Shown here: positions 61,622 to 64,000 of the stretch, piece by piece
Layout: each line of letters opens with the position of its first letter
How positions within the stretch are numbered: the stretch's first letter is position 1
NCBI GenBank assembly: GCA_013239625.1
Contig: MU054187.1
Location: 13,486,974 to 13,550,973 of the forward strand
Length of the DNA stretch: 64,000 bases
Direction of reading: 5' to 3'
From: Lama guanicoe
Taxonomy: Eukaryota
Position numbers and translations under genes: made by a program
Notes under the pieces: model-generated
Told to the model about the DNA's origin: nothing
What the model saw: only the letters and a program-made list of their open reading frames with translations
Database searches by the model: none

Positions 61622-64000
61622 CTAAAAGTGTATTTAAAAAATTGCTACCTTAAATAAGCATATGTAAAACTTACTAATATAAGTTACCCATTAAGAGATT
61701 ATCAACTAAAACTAGTTATCATGCTCACAATAAATTTTTTTGAAAACCATAAAATGTTTAGACATATAGAAGGTGCTAGCAGATGCTGAAACATTGTTAA
61801 GGACATTAAATAAATGACTGGATTTTCTGATCATAAACCTGTACAGGTTGTAGAAATAAAAGCCTTGAAAAGAGTTTTAAAGTGAGAGTAAGGGATGTGA
61901 GCTGGGAAAAATGAAGTCTAATGAAAACATAGAGGAATTTTCTCTGCCAGATGAAAACTGTCTGGAAACTACAGCATGAGGGATTTTAGTTAGATAAAAA
62001 GATTTTCATGCATGCAAGGATTAAGTGCAGGAATCTAAATTACTGTGGCCTTCCAGTTGATGGCCAGTTCCCATCCCTTGTGTCCTTAGATAATGGAGCT
62101 AGAACCATATTGAAGGATCAGCATGTAACTCACTTGGTCAGTAATCTAGAACAGCTGCCTACTCTCCTCTGGGAATGAACAATTCCTCCTCTTTTGCCTA
62201 CTGGGATCCTACACCAGGCCAGGGCAGGACAGGTTCACTTCCTTATCGTTCTCTGCACGCAGGAAGGGCTAGTATTATTGTGCACTTAGTGCCAGAGATC
62301 AGGACACAGAGGTTACATCATTTGCCCAAAGGCACACAGTAAGGGGCAGAGTTAGACTTTGAATAGCAGGTGCATGGAATACGGATTTTGGCTGACTGAT
62401 GAATGTCAAAAACCAGCCTACAGCAGAAACTGAAGCTGAGGTCAAAATCACCACCCTAGAATGAACTGTGTGATACAGGAAGATACTAAAGCATAAGAAC
62501 TGACTTTGAAGAGCAGACTCAGTAAGTTCTGGGCATAGTTGACAGCTGTCATTGGCCTGTAAAGGTGTAATTCCAAACAGATGTTCATTTCCACTGATGT
62601 CAGGAGGAGCAAGAACTTTCTAGAATATCTTATTTTTCTCTAACTCTTTTCCTTCAGGCTTTTTATATTCTTTATTATGACTGCACTGAAGTTGATTTGT
62701 CATGGATGACATCAGGTTTCTTCCTTGTGAAATTCTGAGGTGACTATTGACATTCTGATTTTGATTCATTCTTACAAGATATGAAACCTTCCCAAATAGA
62801 ACTTTTTCTTGAAAACCTCATGGCCTAAATAGAATAAACTTGCCAAAAATTAAACAAATCTTTAAAAATCATTTTATTTAAGGTTATTCATGTTACTATA
62901 GCAACCAAAACTTCACAAAAGCCTTCAGGTCATAAACTTTCTTCCGTTACCCAGCCTTTCATTATTATTTAAATTTTAATATATGTTTTGGATCAAAAGT
63001 ATATTCTGGTATCCCTAAAATTAATAATGCATCCTCTCTTAATATCTATATTAACTGACAACCTAGTTCCCTATTAAACTACTTAAAAATTCTAAATATC
63101 CATTTCCATACAGAAAATTAAGAATTTTCAAAATCAATATAGTCATATTTAATTATACTTCAACTGATTGACAAGATTTTTATCCAAAATTGCTTCTAGA
63201 ATTCTTGCCTATATTTTAAAGTGAATATTTAGGTATTATCAATAAATATGAATGACTCATTTTATTCCTAACATTTTTACATTGTTTAGCTGTGATGGTA
63301 TCATTGATCACATACCAGTTCAGAGACCCCAGAAATGGCATCAAATCAGGTATTCTGATATTTGGTAGATCACGTTTAAAGAAGCTAATTCTGACTAAGC
63401 CCTTTAAAATGGAGCTATCAAATACGTCTGTTTTAGGTTGCCTTAGTGAAATACATACAAGCAGCAATGGGGCAAAAAGACAGAAATACAATGAGAGAAA
63501 TAACAAAGAGAGATTATAACTATGAGGAATTATAGCAAATGAAAGATCAAATGCTAAAGTATTAAGTCTCTTGAAAGAAAGTCATTGGAAAAGGTTAAAG
63601 GCATCGGTCAGATGGTTCTTCTTCCACATTTCTCATCTCGTAAGGTTTCTGCTATCCTTCAATTCTGTCCGTATTCCTGAGTCAGTGTGTGTGTGCTGGA
63701 GAAAATATTATACTCCATGTCTTCTTAACTAGGAAACCCTTAGAATTCGGTAATAAGATAAAATGTATAAATCCTTCCATCTACAAGCTCTACCATAGCT
63801 TTTAAAAGCCTTAAGTAACATAAGCACTTCCACTTGACTTAGGCAGTAAAACTAAATAGAAACAATTAAACAAAAATATGAAGAAAAATAAGTTTGAGAC
63901 TTTGTGCTGCAGAAACCCCTCACTAATATCTCTAGAAAACAAAAACCGCATCAGGAAACAAGGAAGTAGTTCTGGCGTGATTTTCGAAATTTAAAAATTT

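Overview
Mammalian genomic DNA, most likely camelid, inferred from tRNA-Ala-type SINEs resembling Vic-1 and from the L1 subfamily. The window is dominated by TRPA1 on the minus strand. I traced 26 coding exons (exons 2-27 by human numbering), all with GT-AG boundaries and consistent phases. They give 3252 nt (1083 aa plus stop) with no frameshift or internal stop. I did not find exon 1, which should lie beyond the right edge. Intron 24 holds a ~2 kb array of 19 identical 99-bp units. The array's only open frame is on the TRPA1 sense strand and encodes a 33-aa repeat, the ankyrin period. The TRPA1 protein differs from human at several functionally characterised sites (equivalents of N855, L881, S972). 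Downstream of TRPA1 are a CpG-rich element with a CTCF-like site and three phased E-boxes, a decayed intronless MIA2/cTAGE5-like fragment, and a second possibly decayed coding segment. The rest is L1, L2, MIR, SINE, DNA-transposon and LTR debris. Human residue numbers and repeat family names are from memory and were not checked by alignment.
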